Assembly: GCA_050008535.1 (NCBI GenBank)
Contig: JBEKML010000001.1
Coordinates: 455,050-519,049 of the forward strand
DNA length: 64,000 bases
Source of the DNA: Minisyncoccia bacterium
GTDB taxonomy: Bacteria > Patescibacteriota > Minisyncoccia > UBA6257 > 2-01-FULL-56-20
Direction of reading: 5' to 3'
Shown: in pieces, positions 53,221-63,200 of the stretch
Layout: each line of letters begins with the position of its first letter
Position numbering within the stretch: the stretch's first letter is position 1
Notes under the pieces: generated by a model
Database searches by the model: none
Seen by the model: the letters and a program-made list of their open reading frames with translations, nothing else
What the model was told of the DNA's origin: nothing
Made by a program: the position numbers and the translations under genes

Positions 53221-55032
53221 ATGTTCTCAAAATTACGTCGGACGGTTCGCGCGCATAAGATCGTTTCGCTCGTAGTGCTTCTCCTTGTGGCGGGCGGCGG
53301 ATATTATTGGTACACCTCGGCGCAGAGCACGGTCACCGTGACCAAATATGTTGTGGAGGATGCGACGACGGGGACCGTCATTTCCTCGGTCACGGGAAGC
53401 GGACAGGTGCAGGCGGTCACCTCTATCGACATCAAACCCCAGGTAACGGAGACCGTGAACCGGGTGTATGTGAAGGTGGGCGACCGTGTGGCGGCGGGTC
53501 AGTTGCTCGTGCAACTGGACACCGTGAACGAGGGGAAGTCGGTGCAGCAGGCGCAGCTTTCCTTGCAATCGGCGCAGCTTTCCCTCGCGAAGCTGCAACA
53601 GGTTGCGACGACAACGCTCCTTTCGGACCAGAATGCGGTAACGATGGGCGAAGAGAGCCTCTCGAGCGCATCAACGACGCTTGCAAAAGATTATCAGGGC
53701 GGCTTTGACGCGCTTTCTTCCGCGTTCGTTGATTTTCAAACCACCATGGCGGGACTCCAGGGTTTTGTTACGGGGAACGATATCAACAAGTCGCAGAACG
53801 ACCCGGACGCGTACGTGAGTCTTATGCCGAGCTACCTGCAGGTAGGTACGGTGCCGTATCGGGATGCCATCGTGTCAAATTACAGTGCTGCGGCTGCGGC
53901 GTATACGGGGAACCTTGCCGATTACCATGCGGCGAACCGCAATGCGGACCCGGCGGCGCTTGATGCGCTTTTTTCCGAGACGTACCATACGGCGCAGGCG
54001 ATCAGTGATGCCGTGAAGGCCGTAAAGGGACTTTTGGATTATGTGACGAACAATTATCCCAAGAATGCCGGACTTGCCCAGCTGCCTGCCATCACGACCA
54101 CGTTCCAAACTAATTTCGGAAATTATGCGAGCACCGCAAGCGGCGACGTATCGAATATTGCGGGGGTGATGAATACCGTTGCGAACGATAAGAATTCATT
54201 GAACAACGCACAGCTTTCTTTGAATGAGGCGAGCACCACGCTTGCGGCGCTCGTCGCCGGGCCGAATCCGCTTGATGTCCAATCGCAGCAGATAAGCATC
54301 CAAAATGCGCAGATCGCACTGCAGAACGCGGAGCAGAATCTTTCTTATTGTTCCCTGAAGGCGCCCATCGGGGGCATTGTCTCCGCCGTTCCCGCGATCG
54401 TAGGGGTGACGGTTCCCTCGCCTGCGGTGAGCATGGTGACGCAGGGGAAGCTGGCCCAAGTGACATTGAACGAAGTAGATGCGGCGAAGGTGGCGCTTGG
54501 CGACAAAGCGACGCTTACTTTTGATGCCCTCCCCGATCTTTTGCTTGCGGGCCAAGTATCTGAAATAGATGCCGTGGGGACGGTGAGCCAGGGAGTGGTG
54601 AATTATAACGTGCAGGTGGCCTTTGAGGAGGCATCGGGGACGACGAGCCAAGTAAGACCGGGCATGAGCGTAACGGCGAACATCGTTACGGCGGCGCACC
54701 AGGACGTGATTGCGGTCCCGAATGCGGCGGTCACGACGCAGGGCGGTGCGAGTTATGTTCTTGAACCTGCGTCGCCCGTCGCGAGTTCCGTGATCGCGAC
54801 GAGCGCTACGGGCGGCGTACAACTTGCCGCAACCAAGCGCGTGCCGGTAACCATCGGATTGACCAATGATACGCTCACAGAGATAACATCCGGCGTGAAC
54901 GTGGGGGACCAGATCATCGTGCAGACCATAAAGACGTCGGCGAGTACGGCATCAACCGCATCCACCGGCGGCACGAGTGCGTTGCGTCTCGGCGGTGGAC
55001 TTCTTGGCGGCGGCGGACCATCTGGACGATGA
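53221..55032 (+). CDS. Membrane-fusion (periplasmic adaptor) protein of a MacAB-like ABC efflux system, long coiled-coil form
   Basis: N-terminal TM segment. Biotinyl/lipoyl-like hairpin (VKVGDRVAAGQLLVQLD). Very long coiled coil. Beta-barrel (LKAPIGGIVSAV). Confidence 0.72.
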   Translation: MFSKLRRTVRAHKIVSLVVLLLVAGGGYYWYTSAQSTVTVTKYVVEDATTGTVISSVTGSGQVQAVTSIDIKPQVTETVNRVYVKVGDRVAAGQLLVQLDTVNEGKSVQQAQLSLQSAQLSLAKLQQVATTTLLSDQNAVTMGEESLSSASTTLAKDYQGGFDALSSAFVDFQTTMAGLQGFVTGNDINKSQNDPDAYVSLMPSYLQVGTVPYRDAIVSNYSAAAAAYTGNLADYHAANRNADPAALDALFSETYHTAQAISDAVKAVKGLLDYVTNNYPKNAGLAQLPAITTTFQTNFGNYASTASGDVSNIAGVMNTVANDKNSLNNAQLSLNEASTTLAALVAGPNPLDVQSQQISIQNAQIALQNAEQNLSYCSLKAPIGGIVSAVPAIVGVTVPSPAVSMVTQGKLAQVTLNEVDAAKVALGDKATLTFDALPDLLLAGQVSEIDAVGTVSQGVVNYNVQVAFEEASGTTSQVRPGMSVTANIVTAAHQDVIAVPNAAVTTQGGASYVLEPASPVASSVIATSATGGVQLAATKRVPVTIGLTNDTLTEITSGVNVGDQIIVQTIKTSASTASTASTGGTSALRLGGGLLGGGGPSGR

Positions 55033-55757
55033 AGAAGATCATTGAGTGCGAAGACATCAGGAAGACCTATCATACCGGCGGCATAGACACCGAAGTTCTA
55101 AGGGGCATCACCTTTTCGATCGACGAGGGGGAATTCGTGGCCATTATGGGGCCGTCGGGATCGGGGAAATCGACGCTCATGCACATTTTGGGCGCACTTG
55201 ATACGCCGACCGGCGGGCAATATTTTCTTGGCGGCCGGGATATCGCAAAGCTTTCGGATGACGAGCTCGCCGACATCCGCCGGGAAAAAATAGGGTTCGT
55301 GTTCCAGGCGTTCAATCTTTTGCCGCGCACGACGGTATTGCGCAATGTTTCTTTGCCGCTTATCTACGAAGGGGTTGCCAAGGAAAAACGGGAAACGATC
55401 GCCGCGCAAGCGCTCCGCGATTCGGCGTTTCCCGAAGAATTTTGGCAGTATCATTCAAACCAGCTTTCCGGCGGCATGATGCAGCGCGTGGCGGTTGCGC
55501 GGTCGCTCGTGAACAATCCGGCGCTGATCCTTGCCGACGAGCCGACGGGCAACCTGGATTCCAAAACCGGCGAGGTAGTATTGCATACGTTCCAGGGGCT
55601 CAATAAGCAACACGGCAAGACCATCATTTTGATCACGCATGAGGAATATGTTGCCGAACATACCGACCGCATTATCCATATCCGCGACGGAGCTATTTTG
55701 AGCGACGAGAAGAATCACCGTAAGCGCGTCGCGCGGCACGAAAAAGAACTGCAATAA
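55029..55757 (+). CDS. ABC transporter ATP-binding protein (MacB/LolD-like)
   Basis: Walker A GPSGSGKST, signature LSGGMMQRVAVARSL, Walker B ILADEPTGNLD. Confidence 0.9.
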   Translation: MKKIIECEDIRKTYHTGGIDTEVLRGITFSIDEGEFVAIMGPSGSGKSTLMHILGALDTPTGGQYFLGGRDIAKLSDDELADIRREKIGFVFQAFNLLPRTTVLRNVSLPLIYEGVAKEKRETIAAQALRDSAFPEEFWQYHSNQLSGGMMQRVAVARSLVNNPALILADEPTGNLDSKTGEVVLHTFQGLNKQHGKTIILITHEEYVAEHTDRIIHIRDGAILSDEKNHRKRVARHEKELQ

Positions 55758-55766
55758 TACTCATCT

Positions 55767-57008
55767 ATGACTACGCAAGATTTATTCGAAGAAACGTACG
55801 GCGCCGTGACCGTGAACAAAGTGCGGTCGGGGCTTACGATGCTCGGCATCGTGATCGGCATCGCGTCCGTGATCGCGCTCCAGGCGATCGGCCAGGGCGC
55901 ACAGAGTTCCATCCAGGCGAGCATCCAATCGATCGGGTCCAATCTGCTGCTGGTGATGCCTGGTACGCAACGCTCCATTGGATCGACCGTGAGCGCGGGG
56001 CGGGGGAGCGCGCAAACGCTCACGCCGGACGATGCGACCGCGATCGGGCAGCTTTCGGGCGTCGCGGCGATCTCGCCCGAAGTGAGCGGGCGGTACCAGG
56101 TGCTCTACCGCGGCACGAACACCAATACGAGCGTACTCGGCGCCGTTCCCGCGTACACGCAGGTGAGAAATATTCAAGTAGCGCAGGGCGTGTTCGTTAC
56201 CGACGCGGATGTCGCCGCTTCAAGCCGCGTGGCGGTGATCGGCCCCACGGTCATGCAGGATCTTTTCGGCACCACGAACGCGACGGCGACGCCGGATATG
56301 GCGATCGGGACTACGATCCGCATTAAAAACATTGATTTCAAGGTGGTAGGGGTCATGGTGTCCAAAGGCGGCAGCGGTTTCAATAACCAGGACAATATGA
56401 TCTACGTGCCGCTCACGGCCGCGCAGCATTTTCTTGTGGGCAACGTTTCCTACGTGACCGAGATTGATGTTCAGGCGCAGGACCAGCAATCCATGACGCA
56501 AGTGCAGAGCGACATTACGAATTTGTTGCTCGCACGGCACAATATCTCCGATCCCACGTTGGCCGATTTCAACGTGCTGAATCAGGCGGACATCGTGGCG
56601 GCGGCGTCGTCCGTCACGGGCACCTTCACGACGCTCCTCGCCGCGATCGCCGGCATCTCGCTTCTCGTCGGCGGCATCGGCATCATGAACATGATGCTCA
56701 CCACGGTCACCGAGCGCACGCGCGAGATCGGCCTCCGCAAGGCGATCGGCGCGAAAAAGAAGGATATCACGACGCAATTTCTTGCCGAGTCCGTCATGCT
56801 TACATTCAGCGGCGGTTTGGCAGGGATCATCCTTGGGTGGATTATTGCATCCCTGGTTACGTATTTTACGTCCATCGCGACAAGCATTTCGTTGAGTTCC
56901 ATCGTTCTCGCTTTCTGCGTTTCGGCGGCGATCGGCATTATTTTCGGCTACTATCCCGCGCGGCGTGCGGCAGGGTTGAGTCCCATCGAAGCATTGCGCT
57001 ATGAATAA
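55767..57008 (+). CDS. ABC transporter permease, FtsX/MacB-like
   Basis: N-terminal TM segment, large periplasmic domain, three C-terminal TM helices (FtsX fold: TERTREIGLRKAIGA motif). Confidence 0.85.
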   Translation: MTTQDLFEETYGAVTVNKVRSGLTMLGIVIGIASVIALQAIGQGAQSSIQASIQSIGSNLLLVMPGTQRSIGSTVSAGRGSAQTLTPDDATAIGQLSGVAAISPEVSGRYQVLYRGTNTNTSVLGAVPAYTQVRNIQVAQGVFVTDADVAASSRVAVIGPTVMQDLFGTTNATATPDMAIGTTIRIKNIDFKVVGVMVSKGGSGFNNQDNMIYVPLTAAQHFLVGNVSYVTEIDVQAQDQQSMTQVQSDITNLLLARHNISDPTLADFNVLNQADIVAAASSVTGTFTTLLAAIAGISLLVGGIGIMNMMLTTVTERTREIGLRKAIGAKKKDITTQFLAESVMLTFSGGLAGIILGWIIASLVTYFTSIATSISLSSIVLAFCVSAAIGIIFGYYPARRAAGLSPIEALRYE

Positions 57009-57046
57009 TATTCAAAAGGTCGTAGATGTAATCCAATAAAAAATTA

Positions 57047-57478
57047 ATGAAGAAAAAATATCTGGTGCACGTTATTTGGCTCGCAGTCGCTATCATTGCC
57101 TTTGCGGGTGGCATGTACTATGGGAAATCAACGGCGTCATCTTCGCTCGCGGGACGCACGGGCAGCTTCGCAAGTTCCACGCGCAGCGGGTTCGGCGGTC
57201 GGGGGAATGCGGGTGGTGGCGGGTTCGTGACAGGACAAATCGTTTCCAAGGACGCGCAGAGCCTGACGGTGCGGCTCCCGAACGGCAATTCGGAGATCGT
57301 GTTCTATTCCAGTTCTACTTCGGTCATCAAGCCGTCACCGGCATCGGTAAGCGATCTTACGACAGGCACAAATGTTGTGATCGGCGGAACGCAAAATACC
57401 GATGGCAGCGTGACGGCGCAGACCATCCAGGTACGGCAACCCGGCGTGCCCGGCGGCGGCGGTCCAAATGGGCAGTGA
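57047..57478 (+). CDS. Hypothetical membrane-anchored Gly-rich periplasmic protein
   Basis: N-terminal TM segment. Gly-rich linker. Beta domain SLTVRLPNGNSEIVFYSSSTSVIKP...VTAQTIQV. Confidence 0.45.
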   Translation: MKKKYLVHVIWLAVAIIAFAGGMYYGKSTASSSLAGRTGSFASSTRSGFGGRGNAGGGGFVTGQIVSKDAQSLTVRLPNGNSEIVFYSSSTSVIKPSPASVSDLTTGTNVVIGGTQNTDGSVTAQTIQVRQPGVPGGGGPNGQ

Positions 57479-57510
57479 ACCAGTTGATTTTTTTCTGCCA
57501 CCGCGCCATA

Positions 57511-57531
57511 ATAGTTAAGTAATCTAACTAT
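57511..57531 (+). promoter_or_regulatory. Perfect palindrome ATAGTTA-AGTAATC-TAACTAT overlapping the marR promoter and start; putative MarR operator
   Basis: 7-bp inverted arms with a 7-bp spacer. It sits after a CATAAT -10-like element and before the marR ATG at 57537. Confidence 0.4.
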
Positions 57532-57941
57532 TGTATATGCCTTCGGAAAACGTAAAAATCATTTCTTTGCTTTTTAACATCGGCCGCCGGATGCGGGACG
57601 AGAAAAGCAAATGTTCCATGCTGCATTTCCAGACGCTGCGCTATGTGCAGGGAAAAGGGCGGCCGTTCATGCACGACGTGGCGCGGTATCTTTGCGTGAC
57701 GCCGCCGGCGGCGACCCTGCTCATTGACTGCCTTGCAAAGGAAAAGCTTTTGGTCCGTTCGTTCAACAAAAAAGACCGGCGGACGGTGCGGGTGGCGCTT
57801 ACCAGGCAGGGGAAGACGTTCCTTGCGCGGGGCGTCCGGGAAAAAATGAACAAGCTCAAAAACCTGTTCGCCGTCCTTACTTCCAAAGAACAGGCGGAAC
57901 TTATCATGCTTTTGGAAAAAGTTTTGAAGGAAAATCACTGA
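57531..57941 (+). CDS. MarR-family transcriptional regulator
   Basis: Winged-helix region LHFQTLRYVQGKG..MHDVARYLCVTPPAATLLIDCLAKEKLLVRSFNKKDRRTVRVALTRQGK. The likely start is the ATG at 57537. Confidence 0.8.
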   Translation: MYMPSENVKIISLLFNIGRRMRDEKSKCSMLHFQTLRYVQGKGRPFMHDVARYLCVTPPAATLLIDCLAKEKLLVRSFNKKDRRTVRVALTRQGKTFLARGVREKMNKLKNLFAVLTSKEQAELIMLLEKVLKENH

Positions 57942-57943
57942 AC

Positions 57944-59113
57944 ATGCCGATCGCCCTTGTTCTTAGCGTCCTTGTGCTGCAGATTCTTTTGATCTTTACC
58001 CATCTTGCGGTATATGCGGTCGCTGCGGCGGCATTCGGCATCGGCGGGCTGCTCTTTAAAACGATCTTTGTCGTTCTTGCGTTTACCTTTCTTTCCGCAT
58101 CGCTCCTGGCCCACGCTTACAAGGGGAAGTTCTTTGATTGGTATTATGCCGCCGCTGCTTACTGGTTCGGCCTCGTGAGCTTCCTTTTTGGGGGCGCCGT
58201 CGCGTTCTTTTTTATCGCAAAGGTGCTTTATTCTTTCAACTATTATGTTTCGCCGGCTCTTCTTGCGGGCGTTCTTTTTGGCTTTTCCTTTTTTCTTCAC
58301 CTTTATGGAACGTGGAAAAGCGGTCGGGCGGAGATCACGCGCATTGACATAGCCATGCCGGGTCTTCCCGAAGCATGGCGAACAAAGAAGATCGTTTTCG
58401 TAAGCGACTTTCACCTTGGGAAGGTGTGGCGAAGGGAATTCACGGAGAAAGTGGCGGGAAAGATCCGGGCGCTCGCACCCCACGCGGTTTTTATCGGCGG
58501 CGATCTCTACGACGGCGTTGCGTGCGATCTTAAAGACGTGATCGAGCCCCTGCGATCGCTCCGCCCTCCGCACGGCGTATATTTCATCACCGGCAACCAC
58601 GAATATTTCTTGTCGGATATCGCCCCGGCGCTTGCGGCCATCCGCAATGTCGGCATACGGATATTAGAAGACGAAAGGGTGGACATTGACGGCATTTCGG
58701 TGATCGGTGTGAGCGATAAGAGCGACAAAGATACCGCTCACCGCGAGGATCATTTCAGAAAAATACTCAATTTAAAGCGTTTGAAAACACGGAACCATGA
58801 AGAAAAACACTTTGAGAAAAGACTCAATGGAACGGGAGCGCAGGGGGACCAGCCGACTATTCTTTTGAAACACGAACCGGATTATCTTGAAATTGCGAAC
58901 GAGGCAGGCATCGCATTGGGACTTTTCGGTCACACGCATCACGGCCAAATATTTCCCCTCAACTATCTTACGTGGCGGATCTATCATGGTTTTGATTACG
59001 GATTGCATCGCGTGGGCAACATGCAGACCTATACCTCAAGCGGGGTGGGCACGTGGGGTCCGCCCTTGCGGCTCAACACAAAATCGGAGATCGTGTTGAT
59101 CACACTGCGGTAG
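57944..59113 (+). CDS. Membrane-anchored metallophosphoesterase (calcineurin-like, YkuE-type)
   Basis: Four N-terminal TM helices. Motifs VFVSDFHLG, GGDLYDG, ITGNHE, GHTHHGQ. Confidence 0.8.
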   Translation: MPIALVLSVLVLQILLIFTHLAVYAVAAAAFGIGGLLFKTIFVVLAFTFLSASLLAHAYKGKFFDWYYAAAAYWFGLVSFLFGGAVAFFFIAKVLYSFNYYVSPALLAGVLFGFSFFLHLYGTWKSGRAEITRIDIAMPGLPEAWRTKKIVFVSDFHLGKVWRREFTEKVAGKIRALAPHAVFIGGDLYDGVACDLKDVIEPLRSLRPPHGVYFITGNHEYFLSDIAPALAAIRNVGIRILEDERVDIDGISVIGVSDKSDKDTAHREDHFRKILNLKRLKTRNHEEKHFEKRLNGTGAQGDQPTILLKHEPDYLEIANEAGIALGLFGHTHHGQIFPLNYLTWRIYHGFDYGLHRVGNMQTYTSSGVGTWGPPLRLNTKSEIVLITLR

Positions 59114-59186
59114 CCACACACAAAACAAGTATTTGAAACGAGTACTCGGAAGGGCTCGTTTCAAATACTTGTTTTGTGTGTGGCTA
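59111..59186. terminator. Long perfect hairpin (32-bp stem, loop TACTCGGAAGGG) whose outer base pairs are the two convergent stop codons; copy 3 of the conserved-loop hairpin family
   Basis: tagccacacacaaaacaagtatttgaaacgag / ctcgtttcaaatacttgttttgtgtgtggcta. TAG 59111-59113 is the + gene stop and CTA 59184-59186 is the - gene stop. Confidence 0.7.
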
Positions 59187-59750
59187 CAGTTCGTTTATGT
59201 TTTTCTTCTTCGGATTCGGCGCGGACATGAGAAGTAGGAGTAGTACAAAGACGGTCAGGGACATCGTGGGGATTGTAACGTAGCCGTATTCTATGAAATA
59301 AATGATCGTGCAGCTCACGCCGGTTATGGAGCAGGGGACGATGGACGTCCCGCCGAACTGGATGAAGGTGTGATAGAGGGCGATGAGCGCGCCCACGCCC
59401 GAGAGGACGCTGCAATGCAAGCGCATATTTTCGTCTTTCTTGAGGAACGCGGTAAAGAGGAGGACGGTCTGCGGGTAGAGAAAGATCCGCTGCCACCAAC
59501 AGAGATCGCATGGCGCGAATCCGGCGATTGCCGAGTAGAACAAGCTGCCACCGGTCGCGGCGAGCGCGGCAAGGAACGAAAGAAAGATCGCCCGTTCGCC
59601 GAAAAAGTCGGCTATTTGTCTTCCCCGCCCGTGCCGCTTGAGCGGCGTCACGAGCAACAGGAGCAGTGCGACGGCAAAAATGTCGGCGAGAAGCGTAAAG
59701 AAAGAAAGAATATTGGTGATACTTTGAACAAAAGGGGTCATGTGCGCCAA
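59184..59750 (-). CDS. Disulfide bond formation protein B (DsbB/BdbC family)
   Basis: Four TM helices. CDLCWWQR first Cys pair. Second pair in the periplasmic loop (CSITGVSC). Confidence 0.68.
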   Translation of the reverse strand: MAHMTPFVQSITNILSFFTLLADIFAVALLLLLVTPLKRHGRGRQIADFFGERAIFLSFLAALAATGGSLFYSAIAGFAPCDLCWWQRIFLYPQTVLLFTAFLKKDENMRLHCSVLSGVGALIALYHTFIQFGGTSIVPCSITGVSCTIIYFIEYGYVTIPTMSLTVFVLLLLLMSAPNPKKKNINEL

Positions 59751-59753
59751 AAA

Positions 59754-60149
59754 TTAAGTGCTCGTAGGCAAGGGGCAGCCGGTTTTGTCGGAAAGCGTCT
59801 GAAGCGATTGTTCGCCGGTAGAGCTTGAGCCGTCGGGGAAGTACCAGGTCGGGTATTCCGTGATATTTTTATTGATGCAAGCCTGTGTTTGTCCCGATGC
59901 GTCGGATGCGGAGCATTCTACGTACGGAAGATATTGTGCGGCGTCCCCGAATTCACGCTTTTGGCTCTGGCAATGCGGGCACCAGAAAGCGCCGTAAAAA
60001 GTGGTCGAGGTATTCGCGATGCACTTGGCGAACCCTTGGTATTTCCCGGCCGCCGGCGGAATATTCCTTACGTAAAGGAAAGCAGAGATGGCCATTGCGA
60101 CCGCGATGAGGACCCAAAATGTGACGCGCTGTTTCTTTTCTTTGTTCAT
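59754..60149 (-). CDS. Thioredoxin-fold thiol-disulfide oxidoreductase (DsbA/BdbD-like), membrane-anchored
   Basis: WCPHCQ CxxC motif. N-terminal TM helix. Adjacent to dsbB. Likely start MNKEKK.. (the ORF extends to 60170). Confidence 0.68.
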   Translation of the reverse strand: MNKEKKQRVTFWVLIAVAMAISAFLYVRNIPPAAGKYQGFAKCIANTSTTFYGAFWCPHCQSQKREFGDAAQYLPYVECSASDASGQTQACINKNITEYPTWYFPDGSSSTGEQSLQTLSDKTGCPLPTST

Positions 60150-60209
60150 GTGTATGAGAAAGCATAGCACATACGCCAGAATATTTCTAACTTACTTACG
60201 GTATACTTA

Positions 60210-63200
60210 ATGATGTCGGTATTTTTTAGGATCATGCCCCAGACATTACGTAATAAGTTGATCTTCCCAGCGCTGCTGCTCCTGGGGTTTTTAGGAATTG
60301 CCTTGCCGTTTGTCTCCCATGCCGCGATCTACAACGCGACCAATCTTTTGGGGCAAGTGGATGTGAACAGCAACCCCATTTGGACCAAAAAGACAGCGAA
60401 CAACAGCCCCACCGCCCCCAACGCGCTCGGATTTAACTCCCCGCACAACGTGGCCGTGGATACCACGAATAGCCGCCTCTTTGTGTCCGACGACGGGAAC
60501 AACCGCATACTCGTGTTTCCTCTTGACGCGAACGGCAATCTCGTCTCAAGCACGCCCTCGTACGTTCTCGGTCAGGCAGACTTCGTCTCGAAGGCACTAG
60601 ACGCTACGCCGAGCGGGCTCTTTTCCCCTGAAAGCATCGCCTATGATTCAGCCAATGACCGCCTTTTTGTGGTCGACCGATTCCACAGCCGGGTGATGGT
60701 CTTTAATGTCGCGACATCGACCATTACAAACGGCGAGAACGCCCTCTTTGAACTTGGCCAGACAAACTTCACCTCAAGCACCGGGGCCACCGCCCAGAAC
60801 GGACTCAAGAATCCTGTCGGCGTGGCCTACGATTCAGTAAATTCCCGCCTTTTCATCAGCGACGCAGGCAACAACCGCGTGATGGCCTTCTCTGTCCCTG
60901 CGAACGCCACGAGCGGCGTGAACGGCGAGAATGCCCTCTTCGAACTCGGGCAGACGAACTTCGCTTCAAGCACCGCGACTACCACCGCGAGCGGCCTTAA
61001 TAGTCCTAACGGCACCGCCTATGACCCGACGAACAACCGCCTTTTTGTAGCCGACAAAACAAACAACCGCGTGATGTCCTTCACCGTCCCTGCCAATGCC
61101 ACGAGCGGCATCAATGGCGAGAACGCCGACTTTGTGCTTGGCCAGACGAACTTCACCTCAAGCACCGGGACCAGCACCCAGAGCGGACTCCACGGACCCG
61201 CAGGCATCTTCTATGACTCGGCGAACAACCGCCTTTTTGTTCCTGATTCTGTTACCAATGCCCGGGTTGTGTCCTTCACCGTCCCTGCCAATGCCACGAG
61301 CGGCATCAATGGCGAGAACGCCGACTTTGTGCTCGGCCAGATGAACTTCACCTCAAGCACAGCCTCTACCACCCAGAACAGACTTAATGGTCCCTCTGGC
61401 ACCGCCTATGACTCAACGAACAACCGCCTTTTTGTAGCCGACGCAGGCAACAACCGCGTGATGGCCTTCGCCGTCCCTGCGAACGCCACGAGTGGTGTGA
61501 ACGGCGAGAACGCCTCATTCGCCATCGGCCACTATGACCTATCCGGCGCGCTCGCGACGGCCTCCTTTGTGAATGGTATCGTGGACGACGGGTTTCTCGT
61601 CAATGCCCAAGGGTTCGACAGTTTGAGTAATACCGTTCTTGATACGATCAACCATCGTCTCTTTGTTTCAGATTCGTATTTAGATAATTTCCGTATTCTT
61701 GTTTTCCCCCTGGACAGCGCCAACAATATCACGACTACCACCGCCCAGTATGTCCTCGGCGCCTGCAATTTCACAACCGCCGGGAGCGGCGCCGTCACAT
61801 CGAGTACTTTTCAACAGTCCAATCTCGCTTACGACAGCGTAAATTCCCGCCTCTTTGTTTCGGATGGACACGATAACCGCGTCCTCGCCTTCAACGTAGC
61901 GACCTCTACCATCGCGAACTGCGAAGGAGCGACGTTCGTGCTCGGGCAGGCGGATTTCGTTTCAAATGGCTCTGCTGTCGCCCAGAACAAATTTCACGGG
62001 TCCGACGACGTTGATTACGATTCCGTAAATTCCCGCCTTTTCGTGGCCGACGAAACAAACAACCGCGTGATGGCTTTCAGCATCCCCGCGAATGCCACGA
62101 GCGGCATCAATGGCGAGAACGCCCTTTTTGAACTCGGTCAGACAAACTTCGTCACAAGCACCGCGGCCACCACCCAAAGCGGGCTCCATGCTCCTACCGG
62201 CGTGGCCTACGATTCGGTGAACGCCCGCCTTTTCGTTGATGACTCTGGCAACAGTCGCGTGATGATCTTTGCTGTCCCTTCGAATGCCACGAGTGGCGTG
62301 AACGGCGAGAACGCCCTCTTTGAGCTCGGCCAGACGAATTTCACCTCAAGCACCGCGGCCACCACACAGAGCGGGCTCAACAATACCGACGATGACACCT
62401 ATGATACAACGGGCAATCGGCTCTTTGTCGCTGACCACGACAACAATCGCGTGACGATCTTCACTGTCCCTGCGAACGCTACGAGCGGTTTCAATGGGGC
62501 GAACGCACAGAACAACATAGGCCAGGCTGCCTGGACCACCAATGCTTCCGGCACCAGCCAGAACGCGTTTATCGCGCCCGAGTCCTCCCACGCCTACGAC
62601 CCGGTCAACAACCGACTGTATATCTATGAGGCTAGTGGCTACCGTGTCCTCCAATTCAACTTCATCCACATCACGACCGCCTCGTTCCCCTCAAGCACGG
62701 TGGGCTTCGCATATTCCCAAACTATCGCTGTCACCTCCACCCAGGGAACCTCCCAGACCTACAGCATCGCCTCCGGCACATTACCCGCAGGATTGTCGTT
62801 GAACTCCGCAACAGGCCTCATCTCGGGCATACCCACGGTTGCTACGACGACCACCGTTACCATAGAAGCCGACGACAATTTTGATACCGGCCCCTTCTTT
62901 GACCTAGCGACGTATACCATGGGGAGCGTAAACGGGACGTCCTCTGCGCCCCAATCCCTCACGGCCTCATCAAGCGACACCCAGGTCTTCCTCGCCTGGA
63001 GCATTCCCGCCACGAACGGTGGCTCTGCCATCACCGATTACCTTCTTGAATACAAAGAAACGGCGAATCCTCTCTGGCGCAGTTTTGTCCATGCTGCCAC
63101 CACCTCCCTCTCTATTATCGTTACGGGCCTCACGAACAACACACCGTACGATTTCCGCGTTTCCGCCGTGAACAGCATTGGCACCTCTTCTCCTTCTTCC

